A stretch of 64,000 nt of DNA from the human T2T-CHM13v2.0 reference genome, Homo sapiens: assembly GCF_009914755.1 (NCBI RefSeq), contig NC_060942.1; one strand, given 5' to 3'. Shown here piece after piece: positions 34,575 through 49,719 of this stretch. Within the stretch, counting starts at the first letter, position 1, and the number at the start of each line of letters is the position of its first letter. The translations under genes and the position numbers were made by a program. The notes below the pieces were generated by a model. That model did not search any database and was not told the DNA's origin. It worked only from the letters and a program-made list of their open reading frames with translations.

Positions 34575-35899
34575 CAAGTTTGATTTTCAAAAGTATTGTC
34601 AGGTATTGCCCTTTTAAAAAGCCCCACGAGGTTATCTTCTCTCAAAACCTTGTTGCTTGGTGCCAAGGCTTTACTTGCAGGATTAGTCATAACCTTGGCC
34701 TCCCTGAGAAAGTTCTTCAACCGCAAGTCTACTTATCTAGGTAGCATGTCCACGTCGACTTAATTCTCCATGAAGAGCTCAAGAAAAATGATTAAGAAGG
34801 CTGCAAAGAGTTTTAACACTTAAGAAAGTCATTCTTCTGATTTTTTTTTTCACTTCTAGATCCACAGTCTGATTTCCTTTAGGGCACTACTAAATTCTTT
34901 TTGATTCTTCATATAGGTTGATTTGCAGTAAATATGACATTGAGATGTAAGGTAAAAATTACTGAAAGTTCAGGAGTAAAACAAATGAAAGAAAGGACAA
35001 GGAATACTTTAATAAAACGATTTGAATAAAAAATTTTCACCCTGACCGTTTAAGAGTAACTTAAAGAAGCCAAACTTTCTAATTATTAATTTTTAAATAC
35101 ATTATTAAATTTTTAGAATAAATTTTTCTTTCTTTTTAAAGTCAATGTTTACACTGATCTTTTTATTTTTCAAACAGAAAGTGTATGTTACACTTTTGCT
35201 TGTTAATGTTTAACTTAAGCTTGTGGACTCTTTGTTAGAAATTATTTTATATGGCAAAAAATTTATCACCTAAACTTGGCTAATACAAAGTTAATCCAGA
35301 AAAACCATCATCTAGGGCATTACTGGTTTGACAAGTTGTTTTTGTAGATTCTTTGCTGTCTGTCAAGGTTTTTTCCAATAGTCCTTAGAAATAAACAGAA
35401 AGTTTGACTCATTTTTATTACCTGGGCAAAGCTCGCTCCTTGGAATTCACCTTTAACTTATGTATCTATTATATCAGTCAGACTTCCAAATGTCAGTGTT
35501 GACACCTGTGATGCTGTCTTGCCTATACACTTATTTTTTAAATATGTGCTTTCAAATTATTTATTGCTCAGACTTGAAATATATATTTGATATATATAGT
35601 TTTTAGTGCCTACTAATTGTGAGATCAAGGGCTAACGTGAGTGCTAAAGCTCCTGAGCCTGTGTTCTTACCTAGTCTGCTGAATGACATGGACAGGAGCT
35701 GCAGAGGGACTGCTATATCAGCAGAAAGGCTAAGATGATTCTAAATGAAAGAGACCTTCAGGCTACTGTGAAGGCTACCATTTAAAACAAATTACAGGAA
35801 ATAACGTATGTTAGTGATTATGCATGGATGTATAATAAACCAGAGTTGTAGCTGTTAGAGAGTTACAGGGTAGTGTTAACTTGTTATCCCTGGACTCTG

Positions 35900-36060
35900 G
35901 ACTTAGGTCCTGATTCTACCATTGACCAGTGGTGTGGTTCTTGGGAAAATTACTTAACATTCCACTCTCTTTCCTCATCTGTAAAATAGAGGTGATAATA
36001 ATAATCTTAGTATGAAAATATAAACTGGGTGGTGCCCAGTGCATAATAGGTGCTCTACAA
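35900..36060 (+). mobile_element. MIR
   Basis: TTCCTCATCTGTAAAATAGAGGTGATAATA. Confidence 0.75.
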
Positions 36061-36370
36061 ATCTTCATCTTAATTATTATTATTACTTTGAAATTGAGAA
36101 TCACTCTAACAACCTAGAAAGCACCTTCTGCATTCCTCACATCAATAATGTGGAGATGGAGATAAATGTAAATCATAAGCATTCCCATTTTGGGGAGAGA
36201 TTTTGCTTCTAGCCAGATGTAAATCTTCTAAACTTTGAGGAATAATAATTAAATTCCCTCATCAAATAACTAAATGTTCTGGTAAAATGTTCTCTAGGGA
36301 GAAATAAAGATCATAGAAGGGAAAATACTGATAGTAAGTGTTTAGATGTCCTAGCTTAAAAGTTATTCAT

Positions 36371-36668
36371 AGCTGGGTGCGGTGGCTAATGCCTGTAATC
36401 CCAGCACTTTGGGAGGCCGAGGCAGGCGGATCACCTGAGGTCAGGAGTTCAAGACCAGACTGACCAACATGGAGAAACCCCGTCTCTAATAAAAGTACAA
36501 AATTAGCCGGGCGTGGTGGTGCATGCCTGTAATCCCAGCTACTCGGGAGGCTGAGGCAGGAGAATCGCTTGAACCTGGGGGCGGAGGTTGCGGTGAGCTG
36601 AGATCATGCCATTGCACTCCAGCCTGGGCAACAAGAGTAAAACTCCGTCTCAAAAAAAAAAAAAAAAA
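36371..36668 (+). mobile_element. AluSp-like
   Basis: GACCAACATGGAGAAACCCCG, GGTTGCGGTGAG, CAACAAGAG; TSD AAAAGTTATTCAT. Confidence 0.92.
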
Positions 36669-38191
36669 AGTTATTCATTAAGCACCATATTATGACAATG
36701 CATTTTATAGAAAGAATCAACATTTTTGAGAAATGGCTGATGGAATTATTCCTTGGTTGAGTTTCTAGGGGGTGCAAGGCAGTGTGTTGGGTTGAAGTGA
36801 TAGAGGGAAGAGCAGGAAACATATGGCCTCCGACCTCAGGAAGTGGCGGGGCCACATACACCCAAGGCACTGCTTCTGAGTTATAGAACCATTTTTGTAT
36901 AATGTCGAAAGATAAAGATCTACACAGATACCTCACCATGCATGAAAGAACCATGAGTTGCATACTAGATGAAAACATGTGGTCACACCTTTGGTTACAT
37001 ACCAGGATCAAATTTCTCTCTGAACACTTAAGAATTAACTTCTAAGATGCTGGCTAGGGGCAGAGCTACCTCTTTGTCACAGCACATTCCTTGGGAGGCT
37101 GTGGGTATAAGTTTGCCTCTTTGTCCCCCTCCTATGTGATGGTTATACCCTAAGAGCATTTAGTTTGGGAGCAGATAGTTCAGTATGTGAAGTCCATCCC
37201 TGGGAAGCATGATCCTCTGACCCACTTAAAATACATTCGACATAGAAGAAAGGCCTATGTTCAGGTTTTAGATAGTAAATGGCTGCAAAACTATGCAAAA
37301 ACCAAACCAAAACAAAAACCAGAATCAAAAGAATCTGCCTAGTAAGAAAGAGTAATTCAATAAGAAGTTAGAGATTATAATACCAAACAGATTATCACCA
37401 CAGGTAAAAATGGATCCCCATTTACTTACTGAATTAATACTGACTTCTCAGTGCTGGTATTCACAGCCAGCCACATCTCTCCATGTACCTGGCAAGCCTT
37501 GTCTCTCAATGCTTGCCCTCAAAGGTGAAACAAGACCAGCCGGCCCCTGTGCCCTTGCTCGTGCTGGTTCCTCTACCTGGAATGCTTTCCCTGTTTGTGC
37601 TCACTGCCACTTACCAAAGTCCTATCCGTCCTCCCAGGCACTGGACATGCCTTCTCTTTCACCATGGAATATCTACCGCCATTGGCCACAGCCATCTACT
37701 CCATGGAGGCACTTGCTGTACACCCCTTCCCTGATGGTTGTTTGGATCCTTGATGCACCACTGGGACTGTGGGGAGGGATCTTTTTTGTACCCCAGTGCC
37801 GCACACAGAATTGCACAGAGGATGACTTAATGAGTGAAGTGGATTTGTTGAAGTGAAAACCTCTTTTCATCCCAAATACAACAGGCTCTTCTTGAAGTGT
37901 TGTATGAAACAAAAACATAGCTGTAAAGATGGAAGATAAATAGACCCCATATCCTAAAAACACCATAATCAGAGGCATAAATCGGTGATAAGGTTTAAGA
38001 TAAATGAAAAAGAGAAAGCCTTACTACTGTTTCAGAATACATTCCAGTGAATTTTAACAGCTGACTTCTCTAAGCTGTATAAGATAGTCTTTGTTTGGTT
38101 CCCTGTATTTGCTATATGGATAAGAAAAAATTACTTGAAAGTAAAAAAATAAAAAACAAAAAACAAAAAAAACCCACTTTTTTTTTTTCAG

Positions 38192-38344
38192 GGCCAGTTC
38201 TGTGACTATTGCAATTCTGAAGACCCCAGGAAAGCACATCCTGTCACCAATGCCATCGATGGATCTGAACGTTGGTGGCAAAGCCCTCCCCTGTCCTCAG
38301 GCACACAGTACAACAGAGTCAACCTCACCTTGGATCTGGGGCAG
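38192..38344 (+). CDS. LAMA3: LAMA3 coding exon 2 (153 nt, 51 aa of the LN domain)
   Basis: Acceptor T11-CAG|G. Translates to [51 protein letters not shown], with the LN-domain WWQS and VNLTLDLG motifs. Donor CAG|GTGAGC. In frame with exon 1; absent from the ORF track because it has no start codon. Confidence 0.97.
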
Positions 38345-38421
38345 GTGAGCTACACTTTTAACTGGAATGGGAACATGAGCTTAGATCACTGTTTCTATGG
38401 GGATTTCTGATATAATAATTA

Positions 38422-39568
<1,147 letters not shown>

Positions 39569-40412
39569 GGATTCATGGAAAGAGAGTGTTTCAAGAAAAA
39601 AAAAAAGGAGGGAGAAAATAACTGTGTCAAATGCCATTGATAAGCCAAATAGCAAAACACTGATAACTGAGCAGCAAATGACCATTGGATTTGCCAGTGT
39701 GGAGATCACTGGTGACTTTGATAAGAGAGCATTGAAAAGTTAACTGTAGGGAAATTAAGAGAGAATGTGAGAGGAATTGAAGTACCTAATACAGAAATCA
39801 ATTTTAAGAGTTCTGCTCAATGGGGCAAAAAGAAATGGAGGAGAATCATTGAAAAGCCAGGTAAAGAGATTTCTTTGTTTATGATAGAGATAGCAACATG
39901 CTTGTGTGCTTGTGTGCAGATGGTAACGTAAACAGCAGGAAGAAGACTGTAGCTATTATTAGAACATTTTCATAACTGAGTTTGTTATGTTGATACTAAT
40001 ACTAAAACTAATGCTAATACTAATATTAATGTTTATACTATTCTTTTTGCTGGGAACAGTTAAGCATAGAGTACAGTTCATATAAAAAATACTACTTGAA
40101 AGAAAGAAAAAGGTAAATGCATCCCATAGCATAGAAATGGAATGATACTGAGATTTCTTAGAATGAATGTGTTCTTTTCATTTCGATTGGGCAGTTTTGT
40201 GACAGAAGGGCTTTCAATCTCTTTAGTCCATGTGTTGTGCTAAATTAGACCTCTCCTGAGAATATTTTCACCATTAATTTGTGTCTGCAGGAATTCACAG
40301 AGAGCCTTCATGGTTCAAAAGACTCTAATAAGCCTCCTTTCAACTATAAGTTAGTCTTATCCCTCTGATACCTAACCACTAGCATTCATTCAGTAGCTTC
40401 TGACAATACTAA

Positions 40413-40730
<318 letters not shown>

Positions 40731-41019
40731 TATATCGCTTATTTAACTGAGGGTTTTTATAGGTAACAGGGAATTTTAATCCTTCAAAATGACCCATACT
40801 GAACTTACCCATGTCTGCTGGCTTGTTCTTTTTTCTTTAGAACTTTTTTTTTAAACCTACTTTAAAAGCCTCCTTTTGATGTACTGAAAAATTCCCTAAT
40901 TAAGACAATTAAGAAAACATCAACATAGGAACAGTTCAGTACTTTGCTGGTTGCTGACAAACGTGAGTCATGGCATGCATATGCATAAGGCCTGTGTCCA
41001 CCCACCCGCTCTGCTCTGC

Positions 41020-41200
41020 GAGGCTGCTGAGAATGTGGGTTCTGGAGTCAGCCTGGCCAGTTTGTCCTGATTGCTCTGCTCACTTGCTGTGTGGCCTTAA
41101 CAAATATATTTTTCTGCTCCCTGCCTCAGTTTCCTCATTTATAAAATGAGATAATTGTGCATCCCTCATAAGATTATTATGAGTTCTAAATGAGTTAATT
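41020..41200 (+). mobile_element. MIR
   Basis: TGCCTCAGTTTCCTCATTTATAAAATGAG. Confidence 0.85.
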
Positions 41201-41783
41201 GCTTCATTTAAAACTTCTTTAGAGCAGTCGTATTTTTTATTTAATAAAATAAAGTGAACTTTAATAAACTCTCATTAAAAAGAACAGACTGATCACATTT
41301 GTGCCTCTAGAAAACACTACCTATAATACTGTAGAAAATATTCTAAGAAAGTCTAGGAGCAGGAAAAGCATGATCAGTTATGTCAGACTGAAGACATTTC
41401 TTTCCTCTTCTGTGTTGGAGCATGACATGTTTTAACAAGCATGTTGTGTCTTGTAAGATTCCTATTTTTTGCCCCATTGGTAAGATCTGTGTTTTCTTCC
41501 TTTTGCTGGAATTAACCATGAGAATGTCACTGAGAGGTTAGATTTCATAATTAATAGTAACATTAAGACCTTAGAGGGAGAGAAGTGGGAATTTTGAGGC
41601 ATGGTTGAGAAATAAAATGCAGATCATAAATTTGTTACTACAAAATCACTTCACCTGCTAAGAACTGAAATTTGATTTTGATGTGCTGTTGTCAATTTGA
41701 CAGCTTATGCTGTTGTGAGGGTCTTGTTTTCTTTTAGACTAGTTGGTGTTTTTCATTGTTATTTTTTTGGCCAATAAGTTTGA

Positions 41784-42141
<358 letters not shown>

Positions 42142-43099
42142 ACAGACTTGATCTTAAAGGACAGTTTCCCCTTAAAACGTGGTAAATGTAGGACAGTTCT
42201 GTGATTCACTAGAGGCATCATACTTTCCGGGGTTGTTCAAGTTCATTTAATTATACATTATGCAGTAGTTTCAGGCTATAGAATGAGAACACGATGTCTT
42301 TCAGGAAGCTTTTGTATCATCTGGCCAGATATAATGAGTTCATTTTTACATTTAAAGCATGTAGATGTCCAGTTTTTAAAAGGAGAATCTTTGGAATCTA
42401 GGAAGCTTTGTTCTGCCTGGATTCCTGGTAGGGCATGGGCTTTGGAGATCTCTCCCGTGAGATCGGAAGGTGTAGTGGTGGGATCTACATATACACTCTG
42501 GACTTCCTCCAGAATCCAAACTCCAGAGTTCTATTCTATGGGCTCCCTATGTTCACCTTCCAGCTCCCTCCCCAGGGTGAGGTATAGAGAAAAACATGAG
42601 GAGGTGGGTGCGGAGGGAGTTCCTATGGTCCATGACTTCAGCCCCCGCAGAGCAAGCCTGACTCATTGTGTTCCAGGGAACAACAACAAAATTATCTGAA
42701 GAATTTTGAGGCTTGTATGCAATGTGTAATGTTTCCAAGAGTATTATTTTGTTATTTAAACCTGTTAGTAGTAAAAATAAACAAAGACAATCCCTCACCC
42801 CCAACATCAAGCCCTGAAAAGGACTGAGTGTTGGCTTCAGAGGATGGAGGTGTGAGGAGAGAAGGTGACGTTGCCCCTGCTCTGCAGGGCTGCGGGGGAG
42901 TGAGGCCTGGAGACAGCAGATGTGGCTGCAGGAGCAGAGCTGCTGAGATGGTCCTTTGGGCCTCGTAGAGGCAAAGGCTGTGATGTCCACAGCTCCCTGG
43001 TCCCCCTCTGAGTGGCAGCTGGGATGGATAGTTCCCACACCTGTTCCCTTGTCCCATCTCAAGGGCCTGCATCTGACTTTGCTTCCTGCCTGAAGGCTC

Positions 43100-43470
43100 T
43101 TTCTAGATTTACAGAGGCTTCTAAAAGCTGTGTCTAGAGCAGCCTGCAAGCCCAGCACTTAATGCCCCAAGGGGCAATCCTCATCCCAAGAGGGATGATA
43201 GTTGGTGGGAAAATACCGCATTTCCCTGCCTCTCAATGGGCCAGTTCTAAAGTGCCTTCTACATAATTCCTCAGAGTGTCCCTGGTAGGATGGAGCCGTG
43301 GTTGGGTTGCTCTGGTGGCAGCCTACTCATTAACACATTGATTTTTGGCTTTTCTCCCTCCCTTATGTTCCTCTCTTCCCAGTTTGTGCTTCTTGAGGTC
43401 AACTCTTAAATAAACTACCTCTACTCAAGTCTTTGCCTCAGGGCTTTAGAGAGGGCCCAAACTAAGACAG
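43100..43470 (+). mobile_element. LTR16-like ERVL LTR
   Basis: Ends AATAAACTACCT...CAAGTCTTTGCCTCAGGG...CCCAAACTAAGACA. Confidence 0.7.
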
Positions 43471-43482
43471 AAGAAAGAGAGT

Positions 43483-43622
43483 CCAGATGGACATAGTGGT
43501 TCATACCTGCAGCCCCAACCACTCAGGAGGCAGAGGCACGAGGATCACTTGAGCACAGGAGTTAAATCCAGCCTGGGCAACTCAGTGAGACCCCATCTCT
43601 AAATAAATAAATAAACAAATAA
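43483..43622 (+). mobile_element. FLAM monomer
   Basis: GAGGATCACTTGAGCACAGGAGTT...CCAGCCTGGGCAAC...(TAAA)n. Confidence 0.8.
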
Positions 43623-44568
43623 GGAAAGGAAGCCTAGATTGAGACCCTGAAACCCCCTGCAGGTGTTAACACAGGCAAATACTATGAAAATGTTATTTAA
43701 AATGCAAAAAATAGAAAATTCAGAAATTGTTTCTAAAGCTCCAAGGTTAAATGTAATAGGGGAAACTGCATTATAAATTTTAAGGAAAAATATTAATAGG
43801 TCACAGGAGAAATGCCCCATTACTCTACCTTTCTAATTTTTCATGAATTCATCACAGACAGTGAACTCCCCAGGAGCCAGATGCAAATACAGGATCCAAT
43901 CATCTGAGAGTGAATTCAGTATGTAGTTGCATTCTAGAATCTTTTTTTTTTTTTTTTTCCTGATTCCCTTCAACTTTTATGAGACTTTGGTGGGTGAATC
44001 CAAAACATTCTTTGTAGCTGACTCAGATGTGGAGGGAAGCCTGGGCTAGTTTCTGATACTTTTGGGGCTTGAGGACTTTGGAGATTAACTTGGCTCTACA
44101 GATGGTTGGCTGATGAGGTCACTAAGGAGGGTGACTCAGCTGGTTCCCCGGGTGGACACAGCCCAATCCAGAAGGTGGATGGCTCTTGGTTTTGACCCAG
44201 TCTTTCTGGATTCCTGAGGAATTGTGTAGACTATAAGCTTCAGGAGGCCAGGGACTATGTCTTGTTTTGTTCACTGTGTTCTGTTCACTACATGATGTTT
44301 TGCTTCCAACATCTTGCACAGTGTTTAGCATACAATAGTTGTTTAATAAATATTTGCTGAGTTAATGTAGAATGAACCAAGGATGACTCAGCATCAGCCT
44401 GAACTTTCCCAGGGTATAGTAGTAATGGAAACATATTGCTGTGAGACCAAATCTCTGGGTGAGGGTGGAAGAGTTTTAGCTCTGTAATTAATTACGGTTC
44501 GTTCCATTTATGACACTTGAGTCTCTCTGCAACATTTTAAGAGTATTTTATAGCTATAACAAAATTAG

Positions 44569-44912
<344 letters not shown>

Positions 44913-45147
44913 AATAAATGTGTTATTAATGAACATCATCATGAGGCACAGCCCTTGAAGTCAAACAATTCATTAGTGGGTAGAAAAACAGGTGCCAATA
45001 AAATCCTCTGGGCTACTAGGGATAGAATATTATCCTTTATGGTCCTTTAGTAACTTCAAAGTGTTAATTTGGGGTGCTTTGAAGTAATTTATACATTAGG
45101 AAGAATCTGGAAATCAGGTGTTTTCTTTTAATACATGAAAAACTCAT

Positions 45148-45442
45148 TCTGGGTGCAGTGTCTCATGTCTATAATCTCAGCACTTTGGGAGGCCAAGGTG
45201 GGAGGATTGCTTGAGGCCAGGAGTTCAAGATCAGCCTGGGCAACACTGTGAAAGCCCCTCTCTATAAAAAAATAAAATAATTAGCCAGGCATGGTGGCAC
45301 ACACTTGTAGTCCTAGCAACTCAGGAGGCTAAGGTGGGAGGACTGCTTGAGCCCAGGAGTTGGAGGCTGTAGTGAGCTATGATAGCACCAGTGAACTCCA
45401 GCCTGGGTGACAGAGTAAGACCCTGCCTCTATTAAAAAAAAA
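45148..45442 (+). mobile_element. AluJ
   Basis: Sense dimer. Confidence 0.9.
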
Positions 45443-45779
45443 AGTCTCTCTCTCTTTCTCTGTATATATGTATATATACACACATTCAATTGGTTCTGTT
45501 TCTCTGGAGAACGCTGATTAATACTGTGGCTAAATACAATGAAGGTATATTTCTCATCATGTCCAAACACAGCTGATCCTGGTTAAGCAGTTCCCCTCCA
45601 AACAGTGGTTCAAAGACGTAAACTCCTTCCATAATTGGGTCTGCCATTTTCAACACATGGGTTCCCAATGTTGCCCCGTGGGTCATCTTTATTCTAACCA
45701 GCCCGAATGAGGAAAGAGCATGGAAGATTCTGTGTGGGAGGTTTGTGTGGGCAAGACTAGAAGTGGCACATCAGCTCAG

Positions 45780-45875
45780 TAGCTTCATATTGGCCATGGT
45801 GGGAGCATTTACACTATGGAAATCAGCAAATGTTACAAATCAGGGCTGCTCCTTTCCAAGAGCCAGTTTACCCAA
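45780..45875 (-). mobile_element. MER63-like hAT-Blackjack fragment
   Basis: TTGGCCATGGTGGGAGCATTTACACTATGGAAATCAGCAAATGTTACAAATCAGGGCT. Confidence 0.65.
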
Positions 45876-48144
45876 TATCTCTCTCGGTCTCTTCCATATC
45901 CCTCCACTTCCCTCTCCCTCCCCACTTACCATTTAGTAAACTCATTATGTCTTGTGCCGTATTATCTCTGGAGTCTGGCTCCTCCTCCCCCTTGATACTG
46001 CACTATTGTAGTGGAACCCATGGCAGCTCTCCCCATGATTAGTCCACCAGTCTTCTAACTGATTTCCCAGCATCTACTCTCAGCTTACCCTGTTTTAGAA
46101 TCAGCCTGAAAGGAACAGAATCCATAGTGGTGAGCTGAGAAAGATTAGAAACAATCAGGTTGGCAGTCTTCCAAGGGTCTACCTATCAATCAATCTTCTC
46201 ATTACTACCAGCGCAAAACAAAGATCTCAGTGTGTTGTTCTCCCTGATTAGTATCCTTTAGTGGTTTTCTATTACTTTTGGAATAAGGTCCAAGTTTCTT
46301 AACATGTCACATACGCTCCTTCAGTCTAGCCCTTAGACTTTTTGCCAGCCTCATCTTAAAAGGCACTTTCTCCTGCAAGACCTATGCTATGTCAGTAGAG
46401 ACCTAACTGTAATTCCCTGGATATTCCATGATGTTCCCTGGTTCTGGGCCTTATTTTGGTGCTATTCACAGTTCTTGGAATTCCTTCCCACCTTGCCTGG
46501 TCTGGCTATCTTCTTTCTGAGATAACTCAAATATTGCCTGCTGGAAACCCTTCCTGGCTGCCTGCTTCCCTCTGAGCTGTTTCTGTTTACTCAGAGGCAC
46601 TTGCTAAGCTGTGCCGTAAAGGCTGATCCACCGTGTGCTCCTTAAGCTCAGCAGCTGTGTGAACATATTCTTTTTGTATCCATGGGGCTTAAAAGTCCCA
46701 GAATATACTGTGTCCTCCACTAAGATGGAATTAAATGGAAATGTGAATTCCAATACTGTTGTTTTCTTATTATTCCACTGAATTATATGTCTTGCTATCA
46801 TCATGGACAGCTCTGCTCTATTTTAAGCTAACATTTACATTTGTTGGTTTTCATAAAACTAGCACCACAAATATAACAGACATAACAGAAAATGAATTAA
46901 ATATGTTTCCTTCCAAAACACTCAGTAGGCTGTAGGCAGTCAACATAAATCCAAGAAATAGGAAGAAAGATAAAAACTGTACTAGGGAACAGCAACACTA
47001 GGAAACAAAACACTTTCTTCTGGAATGTTCTCTCAGTCTATACAGATAGAAGTTAAGATGATAAAATGATAAACGGAGGTCACTGTGACCTCCTTGGTGA
47101 GTCTTACGATGCAACTTTGGGTCAACACACAATTATGACCAGCATTTGGCCACTTCCCAGGATTAAGGCCATTGTAAAGTCGTCAGAGGGATCTTTCTCA
47201 TCATGAAGGGTGAAAACCAGAGTTTGGCATCACATGGGAAAGGGCAGTCTGTGGGCTGGGGAGAGGAACCAGAGCTTTACATTTACATATCATCTATGAT
47301 ATGGAATTTTATTATTATTACCTAGAGAAGTTGTCATTGATCCTCTCACTCTCCCTGTTAATGAGCTTAGGCTGCCTTATGTCTTCTGGGGAGTGAAGTA
47401 TCTATAAACACATTCACACGAAAGTTCTGGGAACTCAGTACTGATGTTACTTCCCAGAATATTTGCATTAAAAAAATTTCTATCTTTGACATGAAACTAC
47501 TACTCTGAATTTATCCAAAGGAATTCATGAGATAAATGCTCTAATGTCTGATGCAAGATACTCACCAAAGCATTATAAAAATAGCATCCAGTGGGAAACA
47601 ATCTCATGTCCAATAAAAGGGGACTGACTCAGTTAGTGGATTAATAGGCACCACATGATGCCATAGAATGGTCTTTATCGACACAACATGTGTCTGTGCT
47701 ATATGGTGAAGAAACAGACCAAAACTATATGTAAACTAGCTAGACTGTATGGAATGATCACATTTAGTAGGAAAAAAAAAATGTGCCTATATAAGCAAAG
47801 AACAAAGTCTGGAAAGAGATACTTGAACATGCTAAGAGTGCTTCTCGGTGGATGGGGAGATCAGTGATTTTTACTTTCTTCTGTAAATCTCACAGTGTAT
47901 GTCAGCTTGCTGGCTCTGGGTTTTTACCTAGGTAAACATCTCACTCCACAGCTTCCTGGCTGTGTGTAATTGGATGGTCTAACGAATGTCTCGGGGTCAG
48001 TATCTTCATCTGAAATCCAGGGATAAATCTAGTACCAACCTAGGAGGGTTCTTGTGAGAAATTAATCAGATAATACAGAAAAAGCTCTCAGAATAGTGCC
48101 TTACATGCTGTAAGAACTAAATCCATGTTACCTATACTATCTGT

Positions 48145-48525
48145 ATTTTTTTTAAAATTTTTATTTCTATAGGTTTTTGGGGAACAGGTGGTGTTTGGTT
48201 ACATTAGTAAGTTCTTTAGGGGTGATCTGTCAGATTTTGGTGCACCCGTCACCCAAGCAGTATACACTGCACCCAATTTGTAGACTTTTATCCTTCATCC
48301 CCCTCCCACCCTTTAACCCAAGTCCCCAAAGTCCATTGAGTAATTCTTATGCCTTTGCATCCTCATAGCTTAGCTCTCACATATGAACGAGAACATACGA
48401 TATTTGGTTTTCCATTCCTAAGTTACTTCACTTAGAATAATAGTCTCCAATCCCATCCAGGTTGCTACGAATGCTATTAATTCATTCCTTTTTATGGCTG
48501 AGTAATAGTCAATGGTATGTACGTA
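48145..48525 (-). mobile_element. L1PB-like 3' end
   Basis: GGGAACAGGTGGTGTTTGGTTACAT...TTCCATTCCTAAGTTACTTCACTTAGAATAAT. Confidence 0.85.
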
Positions 48526-49376
48526 TACATCTTTATTTTCTACAATGAGCATGTATTACTTTTAGAATTAGAAAATCAATAAAGCCATTTTCTCTTTGGA
48601 GAAAATAAAAGGGTTCTATAGAAAGAGGATAAAAGGAACAATGATTTCTGGTAGAATCTGAGTTATCAATGAAAAAGCTTCCTTGGAGTTTTCCTGATGT
48701 CCTCTGTCTCCCCAGTATGAACTATTTCCTGATGCCCTCCATGCCCTATCTCACCCCCTGCCACCCCGTCCCCCTGATATGAGCTTCTGACTGTTTTGTC
48801 TCAGAATGAGGCTGGTTTGCTAGAGATCTTTCAATGCCAACAGAATCAGAAAAATACTCAGTAAATGGAAATTGATTTTTTAAAAAAGAGCATATTTCAT
48901 TCCTTAGCTAATCTTGAAAACTATTTTATATGCTTCTTCCCTTGTGGAACTTTTGCAATTTCAAGCACACTTGGGCTTTAAATCATGGCCATTTTCCTAT
49001 TACTATTAATGGCAAGCATATATAAGGAAAAACTGAATTTCATGAATTCTTCATGACAGTTCACGGAAGCTTGAGTTAAATGTGGCGTCTCAGGGGAGTC
49101 ACTGTGCCTGGCACCTCTTCTCTGCCTGCTGTCCTCAGGGCACCTGCCCAGCCCCCACAGAGCCCTTGCTCCTTCTCATATCTGTGACCCTGCAGCCTTC
49201 CTGCACCACCAAATGGTCTTCCTTCACTCTTTCCTTCCTGATGCTTCTTTTTTCTCTATTCCTGTTTCTGTGATTCCCCTCTCTCTCTTTTTCACTTTTT
49301 ACTCCCATCGCATTTCCTTACTTTAGGAAAAAACAAGAACCAAACCAAACCACCTTTTCTAAGTATAACAGTATAA

Positions 49377-49719
<343 letters not shown>

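Noticed and set aside
34146-34583. 145-aa plus-strand ORF
   Set aside because: Antisense shadow of the RPL23A pseudogene
41418-41446. Clustered CATG/CAAG cores resembling a p53/p63 element
   Set aside because: At least three mismatches to RRRCWWGYYY x2; not distinguishable from background without ChIP data
42553-43158. 201-aa minus-strand ORF (also 188 aa at 25375-25941 and 162 aa at 62323-62811)
   Set aside because: No recognisable domain or splice/promoter support; compatible with chance ORFs in intronic or repeat-derived DNA
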